Assembly (NCBI GenBank): GCA_951406725.2
Contig: OX597841.1
Location: 13,764,001 to 13,828,000, forward strand
Direction of reading: 5' to 3'
Source of the DNA: Octopus vulgaris
Lineage: Eukaryota
Length of the DNA stretch: 64,000 nt
The notes beneath the pieces were generated by a model, which was given only the letters and a program-made list of their open reading frames with translations, searched no databases and had not been told where the DNA came from. Each line of letters opens with the position of its first letter. Position 1 is the first letter of the stretch. The translations under genes and the position numbers were made by a program. Shown piece by piece: positions 14,400-28,442 of this stretch.

Positions 14400-14820
14400 A
14401 AAGCTCCCATACTGATGTCACATACAAAGCACCCCATATAAAAAACACCTGTGCAGGTGCCACTTTGAGAGCACCTGTGTCAGTGCTCCGTAAAAAGCAC
14501 CCAGTGCACTCTGTAAAGCGGTTGGCATTAGGAAAGGCATCCAGTGACTGGAACGATGCTGAAACAGATAAATGAAGACTGGCGCTTCTCTTGGCCCTGC
14601 TAAAACCTGCTAAACTGTCTGACCTGTGCCAGCAGGGAAAACGGACATGATGATGATGATGATGATAATGATGATGATGATGATGATGATGATGAGGAGG
14701 AGGAGGAGGAAGATGCCGACGACGGTGGTGGTGGTGGTGGTGGTGGTGATGATGATGATGATGATAATGATGATGATGATGATGGTGGTGCTGGTGCTGG
14801 TGATGATGATAGTGATGATG
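14400..14820 (+). mobile_element. SINE-like family C 3' part with expanded (GAT)n tail
   Basis: GGCATTAGGAAAGGCATCCAG...GGAAAACGGACA followed by (TGA)n. Confidence 0.7.
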
Positions 14821-14837
14821 ATATATACACATACATA

Positions 14838-15268
14838 GGCACAGGCGTGGCTGGGTGGTAAGAAGCTTGCTTCCCAACTACATGGTTCCGGGTTCAGTCC
14901 CACTGCGTGGCACCTTGGGCAAGTGTCTTCTACTATAGCCCTGGGCCAACCAATGCCTTGTGAGTAGATTTGGTAAACTGAAAGAAGCCCGTCGTATATA
15001 TGTATATATATATATATGTGTGTGTGTTTATGTGTGTGTATGTGTGTGTATATGTTTGTGTGTCTCTGTTTGTCCCCCCCCAACATCGCTTGACAACCGA
15101 AGTTGGTGTGTTTACGTCCCCCGTAACTTAGAGGTTCGGCAAAAGAGAACCGATAGAATAAGTACTAGGCTTACAAAAGAATAAGTCCCGGGGTCGATTT
15201 GCTTGACTAAAGGCGGTGCTCCAGCATGGCCACAGTCAAATGACTGAAACAAGTAAAAGACTAAAAGA
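14838..15268 (+). mobile_element. Family A SINE, full length
   Basis: Similarity to 679-1105. Confidence 0.9.
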
Positions 15269-15604
15269 ATCACTTGGAGGCCATTTGGATCTTTCCATTT
15301 TCTGCAGATTATATATATCTCTGATGTTCGAATTTACCGAGGAGTTCGTTATACTGGGAATATATAACGAGCGACAGTGTTAATTAGGTGGAATACGGAA
15401 GAAAATCTGTTTTAAAAATTTTGCTTTTTTCCCTTTTTTTTGTGTCTGTTTTTTGTTTCCCGGGAATGTATTTTGTTATTTTTGAATCCTGCAATCAGAA
15501 AGTAAATTGGCAAGTGTTTATATCGCGTGTATATACAAATATACATATATATATGCATGGGCATATGTGTGCGTGTGTGTGTGTGTGTGTGCGTGTATAT
15601 ATAA

Positions 15605-15636
<32 letters not shown>

Positions 15637-15659
15637 ATCTATATGTATGTGTGTGTGTA

Positions 15660-15692
<33 letters not shown>

Positions 15693-15695
15693 GTA

Positions 15696-15790
<95 letters not shown>

Positions 15791-15801
15791 ATGTGTATAT
15801 A

Positions 15802-15856
<55 letters not shown>

Positions 15857-15899
15857 TTATATATGTACATATATATGTATGTATATATATGTGTATATA

Positions 15900-15959
<60 letters not shown>

Positions 15960-16334
15960 TATATATATGTAAACATATATATATATATATGTATATATAT
16001 ATGTATGTGTGTATGTATGTATGTGTGCGTGTGTGTGTGTGTGTGCTTGTTAGGGAACGGGAAAGAGAGAAAGAAAGCAAAAAGGAAATAAAGGAAAAAC
16101 AGAAAAGAAAGAAAGAAAGAAAGAAGGAAGGAAGGAAATATTTTCGCATGAAGATATATTTGAAAAATTCAAACCAAATTTCGTTTTTTTCTTTTCCTCG
16201 TAATTCTCCATAATTAGGGAGAATGAAGGAAAGTTGAAATTATTGAGAAGAGACGGCCTGTAATATGGCACGCACCTATATTGTTAGTAGAAGTCTGTTT
16301 ATCAGATGTCATAACATGGGATTCGTGATTACAG

Positions 16335-16367
<33 letters not shown>

Positions 16368-16519
16368 GATTGTTTCACATCCACTTTGCATGCTGGCATG
16401 GGTTAGGGTGGTTTGATTGAAGACTAGCAAGCCAGGAAGCTGCACCAGGCTCCAATCTGATCTGGCAAGGTTTCTACAGCTGGATGCTCTTCCTAATGCT
16501 AACAATTCCGAGAGTGTAG

Positions 16520-17318
16520 TCGGTGCTTTTTATGTGCCACCAGCATGGGAGCCACTCAGGTGACACTAGCATTGACCATGCTCAAATGGTGCTTTTTATG
16601 TGCCACCGGCATGGGTGCCACTCAGGTGGCACTAGCATTGACCATTCTCAAATGGTGCTTTTTATGTGCCACCGGCATGGGTGCCACTCAGGTGGCACTA
16701 GCATTGACCATGCTCATATGGTGCTTTTTACGTGCCACTCAGGTGACACTAGCATTGACCATGCTCAAATGGTGCTTTTTATGTGCCACCGGCATGGGTG
16801 CCACTCAGGTGGCACTAGCATTGACCATGCTCAAATGGTGCTTTTTATGTGCCACCGGCATGGGTGCCACTCAGGTGGCACTAGCATTGACCATGCTCAA
16901 ATGATGCTTTTTACGTGTCACCGGCATGGGTGCCACTCAGTTGGCACTAGCATTGACTATGCTCATATGGTGCTTTTTACGTGCCACCGGCATGGGTGCC
17001 ACTCAGTTGGCACTAGCATTGACCATGCTCAAATGGTTCTTTTTACGTGCCACCGGCATGGGTGCCACTCAGTTGGCACTAGCATTGACCATGCTTAAAT
17101 GATGCTTTTTACGTGTCACCGGCATGGGTGCCACTCAGTTGGCACTAGCATTGACCATGCTCAAATGGTTCTTTTTACGTGTCACCGGCATGGGTGCCAC
17201 TCAGTTGGCACTAGCATTGACCATGCTCAAATGGTGCTTTTTACGTGCCACCAGTATGGGTGCCACTCAGGTGGCACTAGCATTGACCATGCTCAAATGG
17301 TGCCTTTTATGTGCCACT
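16520..17318. repeat. 66-bp minisatellite, about 12 units, contiguous with a family C SINE (16336-16530, -)
   Basis: Unit ATGGTGCTTTTTAYGTGCCACCGGCATGGGTGCCACTCAGKTGGCACTAGCATTGACCATGCTCAA. One unit is 15 bp shorter. Confidence 0.95.
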
Positions 17319-17521
17319 TATAAATTAAGGCTAAACCAATTTTACCCCCACCCATATATAACACTCAATTACAAGATTGCCACGCAATAACCAGCACTTG
17401 GGTATTAATAACTGGGTACACTACCAGCAGTATAATGGATACGTACTATCCCTTAGTTGGTTACTCAACCTCCAACTCACTCAGGAATATACATACAATA
17501 TATAAATATATATATATTAAT

Positions 17522-17574
<53 letters not shown>

Positions 17575-17600
17575 AAAAAAAAATATATACATATAAAATA

Positions 17601-17647
<47 letters not shown>

Positions 17648-17698
17648 GATATATCCTAATATTATTATTATGTATATGATACATACATACATATATAA

Positions 17699-17755
<57 letters not shown>

Positions 17756-17854
17756 ATATATATTATATATATATTATAAATATATGTATATGTATAAATA
17801 TATATTATAAATATATATATATTAATATATATATATATATATATTAGGGATTTA

Positions 17855-17907
<53 letters not shown>

Positions 17908-18030
17908 CATACATACATATATAAATATATATATATTAATATATATATATATATGTATATATATATGTGACCTCGTGTGTACCGTTGGCGATTTTTTTTC
18001 ATCTGTCTTCCCTTCTCTGGATCTTTCTAT

Positions 18031-18065
18031 GTTTCCGACGAAGAGCTCCGCTCGAAACGTTAAAC
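18031..18065 (+). ncRNA. Minimal hammerhead-ribozyme-like motif in a (TA)n-flanked repeat (17966-18175)
   Basis: GTTT-CCGACGA-A-GAGC-TCC-GCTC-GAAAC-GTT-AAAC: stem I GTTT/AAAC, stem II GAGC/GCTC, palindromic ACGT stem III. Confidence 0.55.
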
Positions 18066-18211
18066 CCTCCTACTTCCTTCTTTCCTGAGCGTCCAATAAT
18101 ACTTTATTTGTTCCACGTCCTCGCGTTGTTGTGTTTTTTTTTTTGTTTTTTTGTGTTTTTTTGTTTGGATTAACTATATATATATATATATATATATACA
18201 TATATACATAC

Positions 18212-18271
<60 letters not shown>

Positions 18272-18552
18272 ATGTATAAACACATACACATGCACACACA
18301 CACATACACACAAACATACACACAGACACGGTAACACTAGCTATTCTGTAAATAATATAAACACAGTGTATGAAATAAAATATTTATGCAGAAATACAAT
18401 GATTTTTGCCTGCAAGGTGTTGGCCACCGACCAAGTTCTTTGTCTGCAGATCAGTGCCAGATACCTTTGTAATTATTAATGAAACTGAGAAGAAATTTTG
18501 TATTATTTAGAATGACCCCCGTTGTTTACAGGGCCTCATTAGGATAATGAAA

Positions 18553-19143
18553 TCTCTCTCTATATAAAGCTGAAGTTGTCTGTGTGTGGCAGGTTTGGTA
18601 GCCTTCAACTAACACTATCTCCTCCGAGACCCTGCGGCGCAAGTTGATCAAAATTGAGAGTATGATAGAAGAAGACTTGCTCTTCATTCCGTAGAAGAAA
18701 AAATTCAAATTGGACCATGTTAACGCCAAAAATTATTTACATCAAAAAAGTGCTTTTTTCTATATAAAGCTGAAGTTGTCTGTGTATGGCAGGTTTGGTA
18801 GCCTTCAACTAACACTATCTCCTCCGAGACCCTGCGGCACAAGTTGACCAAAATTGAGAGTATGATAGAAGAAGGCTTGCTCTTCCTTCCGTAAAAGATA
18901 AAATTCAAATCGGACCATGTTAACACCAAAAATTATTTACATCAGAAAGGTGCTTTTTTCTATGAAAATCCCTATTTTTTACGATTTTTTTACTGCTGTG
19001 TCACCATTTTTTGGTGTATTTCAACCAGAAAAATGTTCACTTAAAGAGAATAACAAGCTACATAATGCAAAATTTTTACTTTTCAAAAATTCCAATTCTA
19101 AAGGGTTGAAACAAACCCAAGCAGCGCTGGGCAATACTGCTAG
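18553..19143 (+). mobile_element. Non-autonomous Helitron with an internal 200-bp tandem duplication
   Basis: A|TC start, 3' hairpin CCCAAGCAGCGCTGGG then CTAG|T. Units start at 18561 and 18761. The 3' end is shared with 57881-58276. Confidence 0.7.
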
Positions 19144-19944
19144 TTAAATATAAACGAAGGAAGGAAATGGATTTGTAGAAAACATGGAATTGTAATAATG
19201 TTGTTTCAAGTTTATTTTCGTTTCAGTCATTGGACTGTGGCCATGCTGGGGCATCAACCTGATGTCGTGATTTGAAACCCTTACCACAAGATAATCAGCA
19301 AGGAATCATGACTGAGCCACCACCATTTCATGTGAAAGATGTGGTGTAAAGATGTGGTAGAATGTATTCTTGGCTTATCTAAGATTCGTCCCCTTTTCAT
19401 CATCATCATCATCATTTAACATCCATTTTCCATGCTGACATGGGTGACCATCATCATCATCATCACCATTATCACCATCATCATCGTCATTGTCAGCATC
19501 ACCATCATCATCACCAACATCAACACCATCATCCTCATCACAATAATCATCCTATATCATCATCATCATCACCACCACCATCATCATCATCATCACCATC
19601 ATCAACACTATAACAATCATGATGATAAGGATGCTGGTGATGATGGCAATGATGATGATGATGCAGCTACTGGTGGTGTTGGTGGTGATGATGATGATGA
19701 TGATGATGGTGGTGTTGCCGGTGGTGATTGCCAGGATCTTGAATGCACGATGCCTGAATGAAAAGAAAAGAGAAAACAAAAGCAAAACCCGGAAGAATGA
19801 TATCAGTGAATATTCCTTTAATCAATGGGTCCGCCACATGAGGACCGGCTGGGGATTTAAACAGCAACAACAACAGCAGGGAATGTTGCTGTGTACACAG
19901 AGAATTGTGTGTGTTTAAGATGACATTTCAATGGTCCCCAAGAC

Positions 19945-20025
19945 GTCCCTTGGTTGACGTGACGTCACATGACTTCCTGTCACACATCTCAGTCGGCTCT
20001 GATTGGTTGGTTGATTGGCCCTGAA
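19945..20025. promoter_or_regulatory. Compact motif cluster: CRE TGACGTCA, M-box GTCACATGAC, ETS ACTTCCTG, two inverted CCAAT boxes
   Basis: TGACGTCA 19960-19967, GTCACATGAC 19964-19973, ACTTCCTG 19972-19979, CTGATTGGTT 19999-20008, TTGATTGGCC 20011-20020, all within unique sequence. Confidence 0.45.
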
Positions 20026-20159
20026 GCATAGCTGTAGATGACATCCGGCTCGGAGACATCTCCACCACCACCACCACCACCACCACCACCACCACCACTG
20101 CCTCCGCCACCATTAGCTCCGTCATCAGCATTGTCAGTATTGTCATCATCATCATCACC

Positions 20160-20193
<34 letters not shown>

Positions 20194-20356
20194 TCACCAC
20201 CACCACCGCCACCATCATCATTGCCGCCGCCGCCGCCGCCACCACCACCACCACCACCATCATCACCACTACCACGACCACTACCACCACCATTACTACC
20301 ACCTCCACCACCACCACCACCACTACCACCACCATCACTACCACCACTACTACCAC

Positions 20357-20432
<76 letters not shown>

Positions 20433-20560
20433 TCCACCACCATCATCATTATCGCTATTATCATCGTCATCGTTGTCGTCGTTGTCATTGTCGCCGTCAC
20501 CACAACCAGCATTGTCATCATCATCGTCATAACGATAATCATCATCATCATCACCATCAT

Positions 20561-20592
<32 letters not shown>

Positions 20593-20987
20593 CTGTCTTT
20601 GTCATTGCAATAAGAAGCAACACTGCAACAATGACCTCAAATGTCATCCCACTCCCCCTCCCCCTCCACCACCCCGAAGACCCCCTTCGTTGCCAACAGA
20701 ACCCCCCACCACCATCACTACCAGCATGATGAGGCACACAGCCGTTGCCATGGCAATGGTAACACTGACAGCTGCAAAGACAGTGACGATGATAATGGGA
20801 TTGGCAGGATTATTTGAGAGTCAGAGAGAAATACCTTGTGGTGTTTCTTTCGGTTCTTTACATTCTGGGTTCAAACCCTACCTAGATCGACTTAGCCTAT
20901 CATCCTTTCGAACAAAGGACCAGTCGAGCAATGGAGATGGTTCTCCTCCCCTTGAAATAACCAGCCTTCTGCTTCAATTGCAAACCC

Positions 20988-21022
<35 letters not shown>

Positions 21023-21568
21023 GAGTGAGAGAGCAGTGCATGCCATCAAAGTGACACTGGGGTAAAATATACGAAGCCCAATATACCCATCATGACTACC
21101 CGTCTGATAAGGGTACACCAGGCACATGCATCACAACCATATGTGCGTGACATGGTGATCTCATATCAAGATAAACAGCACATGAACTTGCAGGTGGGGC
21201 CCAGTTAGAATTTTCTTCAGGTTGAGTAGTCCATCCTGCTCAAAAGGTCCCTGAATAAGGGTTGTTTAAGGACGTTGAACGAAACAACCATGTTTCCAGA
21301 GGTGAATTATCCAAACCCCAAAGAATCCCTTTCAACACATGGCTATGATGCTCCCCTACTACTTCTGCTCGTGATCAGAGATGCACATATCGTCAGCCTC
21401 TAAGGGACATGCTCAACTGGTTAAGGTCAAACAACTGACAAGCAAATCTGTGGTATTGAGCAGAATATTTGCTGTAGCCCATCTTTTATACCAAGACAAA
21501 ACAATGTACATGATAACACTTCCAATCAGTTAAGATCATGAGAGCCACTGCCTGGCACTGCATCAGGG

Positions 21569-21569
<1 letters not shown>
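21023..21569. mobile_element. About 550-bp non-coding dispersed element bounded by (ATT)n on both sides
   Basis: Highly similar full copy at 60433-60980, partial copies at 21962-22021 and 63067-63263. Confidence 0.85.
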
Positions 21570-21613
<44 letters not shown>

Positions 21614-21633
21614 CATTATTACCATTATTACTA

Positions 21634-21664
<31 letters not shown>

Positions 21665-21691
21665 TATTATCATTATTATTATTATTATTAC

Positions 21692-21729
<38 letters not shown>

Positions 21730-21732
21730 GGG

Positions 21733-21780
<48 letters not shown>

Positions 21781-21797
21781 CATTATTACTATTATTA

Positions 21798-21885
<88 letters not shown>

Positions 21886-21894
21886 CATTATTAC

Positions 21895-21961
<67 letters not shown>
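21570..21961. repeat. (ATT)n microsatellite
   Basis: Directly visible. Confidence 0.98.
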
Positions 21962-22084
21962 GAGTGAGAGAGTAGTGACACTGGGGTAAAATATACGAAG
22001 CCCAGAATGCCCATCATGACTGAAGACAGGTGAAGGAACAACAAGCAGGTGTATTAGTTTAATGCTCGGGAAGTATTGAAAAGT

Positions 22085-22120
22085 CTTTGATGTTTTGAGC
22101 CTATGCTCTTCATCAGAAAG
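22085..22120 (-). ncRNA. Minimal hammerhead-like motif, CpG-decayed
   Basis: Minus strand CTTT-CTGATGA-A-GAGC-ATAG-GCTC-AAAAC-ATC-AAAG. Sister copy at 38891-38926 retains GAAACG. Confidence 0.5.
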
Positions 22121-22171
22121 TGTTGAGAGGAATAAATACAGAGAGAACGATGAAACAGAAAGAGAAAAAAA

Positions 22172-22212
<41 letters not shown>

Positions 22213-23077
22213 ATCTCTGTTTGTCCTCAACCACCAGTGTTGGTGTGTTTATATCCCATAACTTAGCAGTTGGTAAATGAGACTGATAAAATAAGTATCA
22301 GGCTTAAACAAAAAAAAAAAAATTAGTCCAGAAGGTAGTACTCCAGCATGGCCACAGTCAAATGACTGAAACAAGTAAAAACAGGAAAAGACAAATTATG
22401 AAATTTTAAGGGGAAATTTTCAAATTAGGTCACATTGGAGCAGGACCACAGAACCGGGGGGGGGGCAGCTTTGGGGAGTGGGAGAAGAAAGGATGGTGGT
22501 GGTGGTGTTGGCAGGGTTTCGCATCAAATGGGTTAAGCCTTGATTACTGTTCCAGACTCTCTTAATAAAGATTACAGTTTGACAACAGATCCAGGAACAA
22601 ACATTGCGAATGGTGCCAGAAGCAGTTTCCGAACAATGGAAGGAATCAAGCGGATATTCGTTTCCAGGAGATGTGCTGTCATTGTTATGCTAATAAACCG
22701 TGGCGCTGTCTGTGTTGTTGCGTGTTGATCTAGGATATTTCAGGTGCCGGAGAGTTCTATGTCGGAACTTGGCCATTCAGTTGGATGAAAGCTTTTGACC
22801 GTAAAAGATTGCATGCGAAACTGGCTTTGCTGCCTAAACACACTGCAGTCTGTATACATCTGTATACACACATATACATACATACATACATACATATTCG
22901 CACACATACACATGCATACACATGTAGATATATATATATATACATGTATATATATATATATACATTTAATATATATATGTGTGTGTGTGTAAATATATCT
23001 GCATATATACATTTGCACTCTCACACACACACTCACATGCACACATATGTCTATTTATATAGAGTTATACATGTATG

Positions 23078-23114
<37 letters not shown>

Positions 23115-23837
23115 AAATGTGTGTATATATATATATATATATATACATATATATATGTATATGTAGCCAGCCTCGCCTGGAGCCTGTGCCGGTGTTGGCG
23201 TTAGGAAGGGCATCCAGCTGTAGAAACACTGCCAGATCAGACTGGAGTCTGGTGCAGCCTTCTGGCTTCCCAGATCCCCGGTCAAACTGTCCAACCCATG
23301 CCAGCATGGAAAGCAGGTGTTAAACGATGATGATGATGTACATATGCATATATACATATATATATATATACATACATATATTTATATATGCATACATGCA
23401 TATATATATATATATTCACATATATATAAAGACACACACACACACATATATATACGTATGAACGTATGTATGTGCATAATATATCCATACACACACACAC
23501 ACACACACGGACACTTGTCGAGTCTCTTGTGCGACAGATGAAATAGAATACAACACAAAGCAATGAGGTCTGTGAATAATGGTATTTCACGGCCATTGGT
23601 TATTCTTGGTTTGATTGGCAGGAGCGGAGGGGTGGAGGGGCAGAGAGGTGGTGGTGGTGGTGGTGGTGGTGGTGGTGGTAGTAGAGGTATGTACAGGTAG
23701 GGAGAGTGGAGGAAGTGGTTGTGATGGTGGTGGTGGCAATGGTGTTGGTGGTGGTAGGTCTATCGCTGGTGTTGCTGTTGGCTTGAATGTAAATATCTAT
23801 ATCTGGTTGTGTGCATGTCTTTGCATATATAAATATA

Positions 23838-23881
<44 letters not shown>

Positions 23882-24126
23882 TGTATGTATGTATATATAT
23901 ATACATTTATATATTTGCGTGCATGCATGTGTGTGTATGCATGTGTGAATTTGAATATATATGTACTCATGCATATATACATGCACAGATATATATATGA
24001 GTATATATGATGGTGTGTATATGTGTGTGTGTGCGTGTATATATATGTATGTATACACACATGCACACACAGACACTAATATACACCAGTAATTCCTACA
24101 CATAAACATGCATACATACATACATA

Positions 24127-24166
<40 letters not shown>

Positions 24167-24559
24167 TATATAGACAAATACAGATATATATGTATTTATG
24201 TATATATAGACATATATAAATATATATACATATATATACAGATATAGATCATCATGAAAATAATTATATTTCTGACAGCATTTTAGCAGTCAAGACCGGA
24301 AGTTCTCCGTTTCTCAATGTCACCATTTTGTATCAATTACCAAACTAATTTCTCTCCATCGATCAACAGACCTGGCATCATTCTGCAGATATTTCTCGCT
24401 GCTTTTCAACGGCAAAGCCATCTTCTAAATCCCCAATTGCACGTAAAAGTCTGTCGTTGTTCACTTTTTTCTCTTTGTTTTGTGTTGTTTCAGTTTTTTC
24501 AGTGTCGTGTAAAAAAAAAAGCTGCTTTGTTGATGCCTTGTAAAAGGTTGGTGCCATGT

Positions 24560-24805
24560 GAAAAATTATCCAATGTGTTCTGTAATGCGGTTGGCCTTAG
24601 GAAGGGCATCCAGCTGTAGAAAGCATGCCAAAGCAGATACATTGGTGTTTGGTGCAGCTTTCTAGCTTGCCAGTTCTTGTCAAGCCGTCCAACCCATGCC
24701 AGCATGGAAGACGGGACATTAAATGATGATGACAACGACGGTGACAACAACGACAACGATGACGAAGACGATAATGATGATGATGATGATGACGACGACG
24801 ACGAA

Positions 24806-24838
<33 letters not shown>

Positions 24839-24952
24839 GATAGCGATGATGATGATGATGACGATGACGATGGTGATGGTGATGATGATGAAGATGATGA
24901 TGGTGATGATGGTGGTGGTGGTGGTGGTGATGATGATGACGACGACGACAAA

Positions 24953-24986
<34 letters not shown>

Positions 24987-25025
24987 GTGATGATGATGGA
25001 GATGATGATGATGATGACGATGACG

Positions 25026-25057
<32 letters not shown>

Positions 25058-25075
25058 GATGATGATGACGATGAC

Positions 25076-25145
<70 letters not shown>

Positions 25146-25293
25146 ATGATGGTGATGATGATGATGATGGTGGTGGTGGTGACGACGATGATGATGACGA
25201 CGACGATGATGATGACGACGATGATGATGGTGATGGAGATGATGGTGATGATGATAGTGATGATGATGATGATAGTGATGATGATGATGATAG

Positions 25294-25329
<36 letters not shown>

Positions 25330-25485
25330 CGATGATGATGATGATGACGACGATGATGATGATGACGATGACGATGATGATGATGACGATAATGATGATG
25401 ATGATGATGACGATGATGATGAAGATGATGATGACGATGACGACGACGACGATGATGATGATGATGACGATGATGATGACGATGA
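24560..25485 (+). repeat. Family C SINE end followed by about 760 bp of (GAT/GAC)n
   Basis: ...CCAGCATGGAAGACGGGACATTAAATGATGATG... runs directly into the array. Confidence 0.9.
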
Positions 25486-25872
25486 CACAACTACAAACTC
25501 TACTACCACCACAACTACAACCTCTACTACCACCAGCATCATCAATATCACCACCACCACAACCATTCTTACCATTCACCACTGCTACTAACAAAAACAG
25601 ATCGATAGAGTTACTATGCATCAACCCAATTTACACACAACCCATTCACTGGCTTCATTGATCCATTCAAGAATTTCAGCAGGCCAGTCACGTGACTTTC
25701 CATTCATGCTCCTCTCTCAATACTATTCGTCCGTTGCTAGGCTATGGCTTTCATCGACTTCTTTCATTCATAATACTCATTCCTGGTTGAATATCGACTC
25801 TACCATTCATAGATGGGTTTTTTTTTATATATACACATATATTATATATCATATATCATATATCATATATCA

Positions 25873-25919
<47 letters not shown>

Positions 25920-26401
25920 TCATCATCATCAGAATAAGAAATAGCAAGTCCTAGGTACGGTACTATGTATCTGAAAAAAGAAAATGAATAAAAATGGCTT
26001 TTGTGCTAATATTTCCGCTTCTAATAATTAGATTTTCAAAGATATATTTATGTGTATTTATATAAACGATTCACATGAATACAAACATACGCACACATGA
26101 TATATATATGTGTATATATATATGTATGTATATATATATATAAATATAGACATACATACATATATAGACATATATACATACATACATACACATGTATGTA
26201 TGTACATACATACACATATACATACACATATACACATATATGTATGTACATATATATTCCTACATGCCATATATACTGTACATATGTATTTCTACAGGTC
26301 ATATATACATACATAATCGTATGCATGGTGTTGGTGGTGGTGTTGGTGGTGGTGGTGGTGGTTGTGGTGGTTTTGGTGGTATATATAGATATATAGATAT
26401 A

Positions 26402-26695
26402 TATAAGAGAAGGCCTTACAGCTGTTTCTGGGATATTTTATATATCCCTTCATCGGAGATGGTGTGAGAAAATGGTTAAGCAATAGTTATTCAAGAGAAG
26501 ATATAAAATAGAGAATGAAGTGGAGGAATGAAAACAGACGTGAGATATGCAGGGGTATTGTCTTTGCAGTTCCATTATTTAGGTGGAATGGTACACATAT
26601 AAGATTCCTGTACCTTGTGTGTAAGTTCCAATAGTATTTAAAATTGGTCATTCCATAAAATGTCCTGGAAACAGCTGTAAGACCTTCTCTTTATA
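26402..26695. mobile_element. Element with about 40-bp inverted termini carrying a hammerhead-like motif (Penelope-like pseudo-LTR relic)
   Basis: Minus strand 26459-26413: TCT-CCGATGA-A-GGGAT-ATATAAAAT-ATCCC-A-GAAAC-AGCT-GTA. The inverted 3' half GAAACAGCTGTAAGACC lies at 26668-26684. Confidence 0.6.
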
Positions 26696-27002
26696 AATGC
26701 TCTGAAATCTTTCACAACCTTGGTTTTTTTTTCTCATTCTGAAAAAAACATTTTTATATATACACATGCTGATATATGACCTATGTTGGACTCCTTATCA
26801 GCATAATCACCAAACCTGGAGCTTAACTATGGTCTATCCATAGCACTTACTTAGCATTACCTGACACCTTTGGGTCTTCTTAAACACTATTACCTCTCAT
26901 AGCCTATATATATATATATACATGCACACACACATATGTGTGTGTGTGTGCATGTATATATATATGTGTGTATATATTTATATATATATATATGTTTACA
27001 CA

Positions 27003-27059
<57 letters not shown>

Positions 27060-27515
27060 TGATAATTCTGGTACCCGGGCTGTTTGTGCTTATCCTGAGT
27101 ATAAATCTAGTAAAGTGAACCTGTATTTGCAAGCTGATATAATTCCTGCAGAGATCACAGCCATGGCCGATGCCAGTGTTGCATGTCCAGCCCATTTAAG
27201 AGTACCTTTGATACGTTGGGTGATTTAATGTGCTTCGGAAGACCTGTTGAGTCAAGTAAAACCAAAATCCTAGCTGTGGCCAGTGTCCCCTGAATGGGTC
27301 CTAGGCCAGTGACACATAAAAGGCACCATCTGAATGTGATCAATGTCAGTACCGCCTGACCTTGAAACCAATGGCGATTTCATGGAATAAATTTACTCTT
27401 TGGTATTTCAAGATACTTTTATGTAATTCTAGTAAATATATCTTTTAAAATGAGATTTCAGCTTTATTTTCATTCTTGCGTAATTTAGACGTCAGCTTAT
27501 TCGCTGCACCCTGTG

Positions 27516-27553
<38 letters not shown>

Positions 27554-27574
27554 TGTCTGTCCGTTTGTATGTAC

Positions 27575-27612
<38 letters not shown>

Positions 27613-27764
27613 GTATACATATATACATATATATATATACACACGTACATATACATATACATGCATATATGCACATGTGCGTGTATATTTATATATACAC
27701 ACACACTACACACTCCCACACACTGCACATATATGTTAACAAGGTAAAAATACACTCATCTATT

Positions 27765-27796
<32 letters not shown>

Positions 27797-28177
27797 TATA
27801 TACACATTAGAAAGCATAACCAAATCTCCCTTAAAAATATAAAATGTATATACATACAAGGTGTTAACACCATGTTGAGATTATACACCCTGCAATGGGA
27901 ACATATCCACCAATATTTACATACACACACACATACACACACAACTACATGCTGATGGACGCCCACACATGCAGACAGTGTATGCTAAATATTTATACAC
28001 ATATACATACATACAGACATGCAGACACACATACATACACACATATATACATGTATACATACATATAGACAAACATACACATACATACGCACACATATAC
28101 ATATTTGTATGTATATATGTATATATATATATATGTTTGAAAAAGAGCTGGTCTGAAAATATATACGTGTGTGTATC

Positions 28178-28270
<93 letters not shown>

Positions 28271-28379
28271 ATCTATCTATTTCTATATGTATGTGTGGAT
28301 GTGTGTATACATATATTGGCATATATGAATGGGTAAATATATATATATACATATATATACATATGTATGTGTATGTATA

Positions 28380-28442
<63 letters not shown>

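Noticed and set aside
16520-17318. Regular repeats suggesting a CRISPR array or a metal-binding repeat protein
   Set aside because: No unique spacers, no cas genes, eukaryotic context; SINE-derived minisatellite with an in-frame stop.
24499-25661. Poly-Asp/Ser/His/Met ORFs resembling biomineralisation proteins
   Set aside because: They are the expanded (GAT)n tail of a SINE; the apparent N-terminus is SINE sequence.
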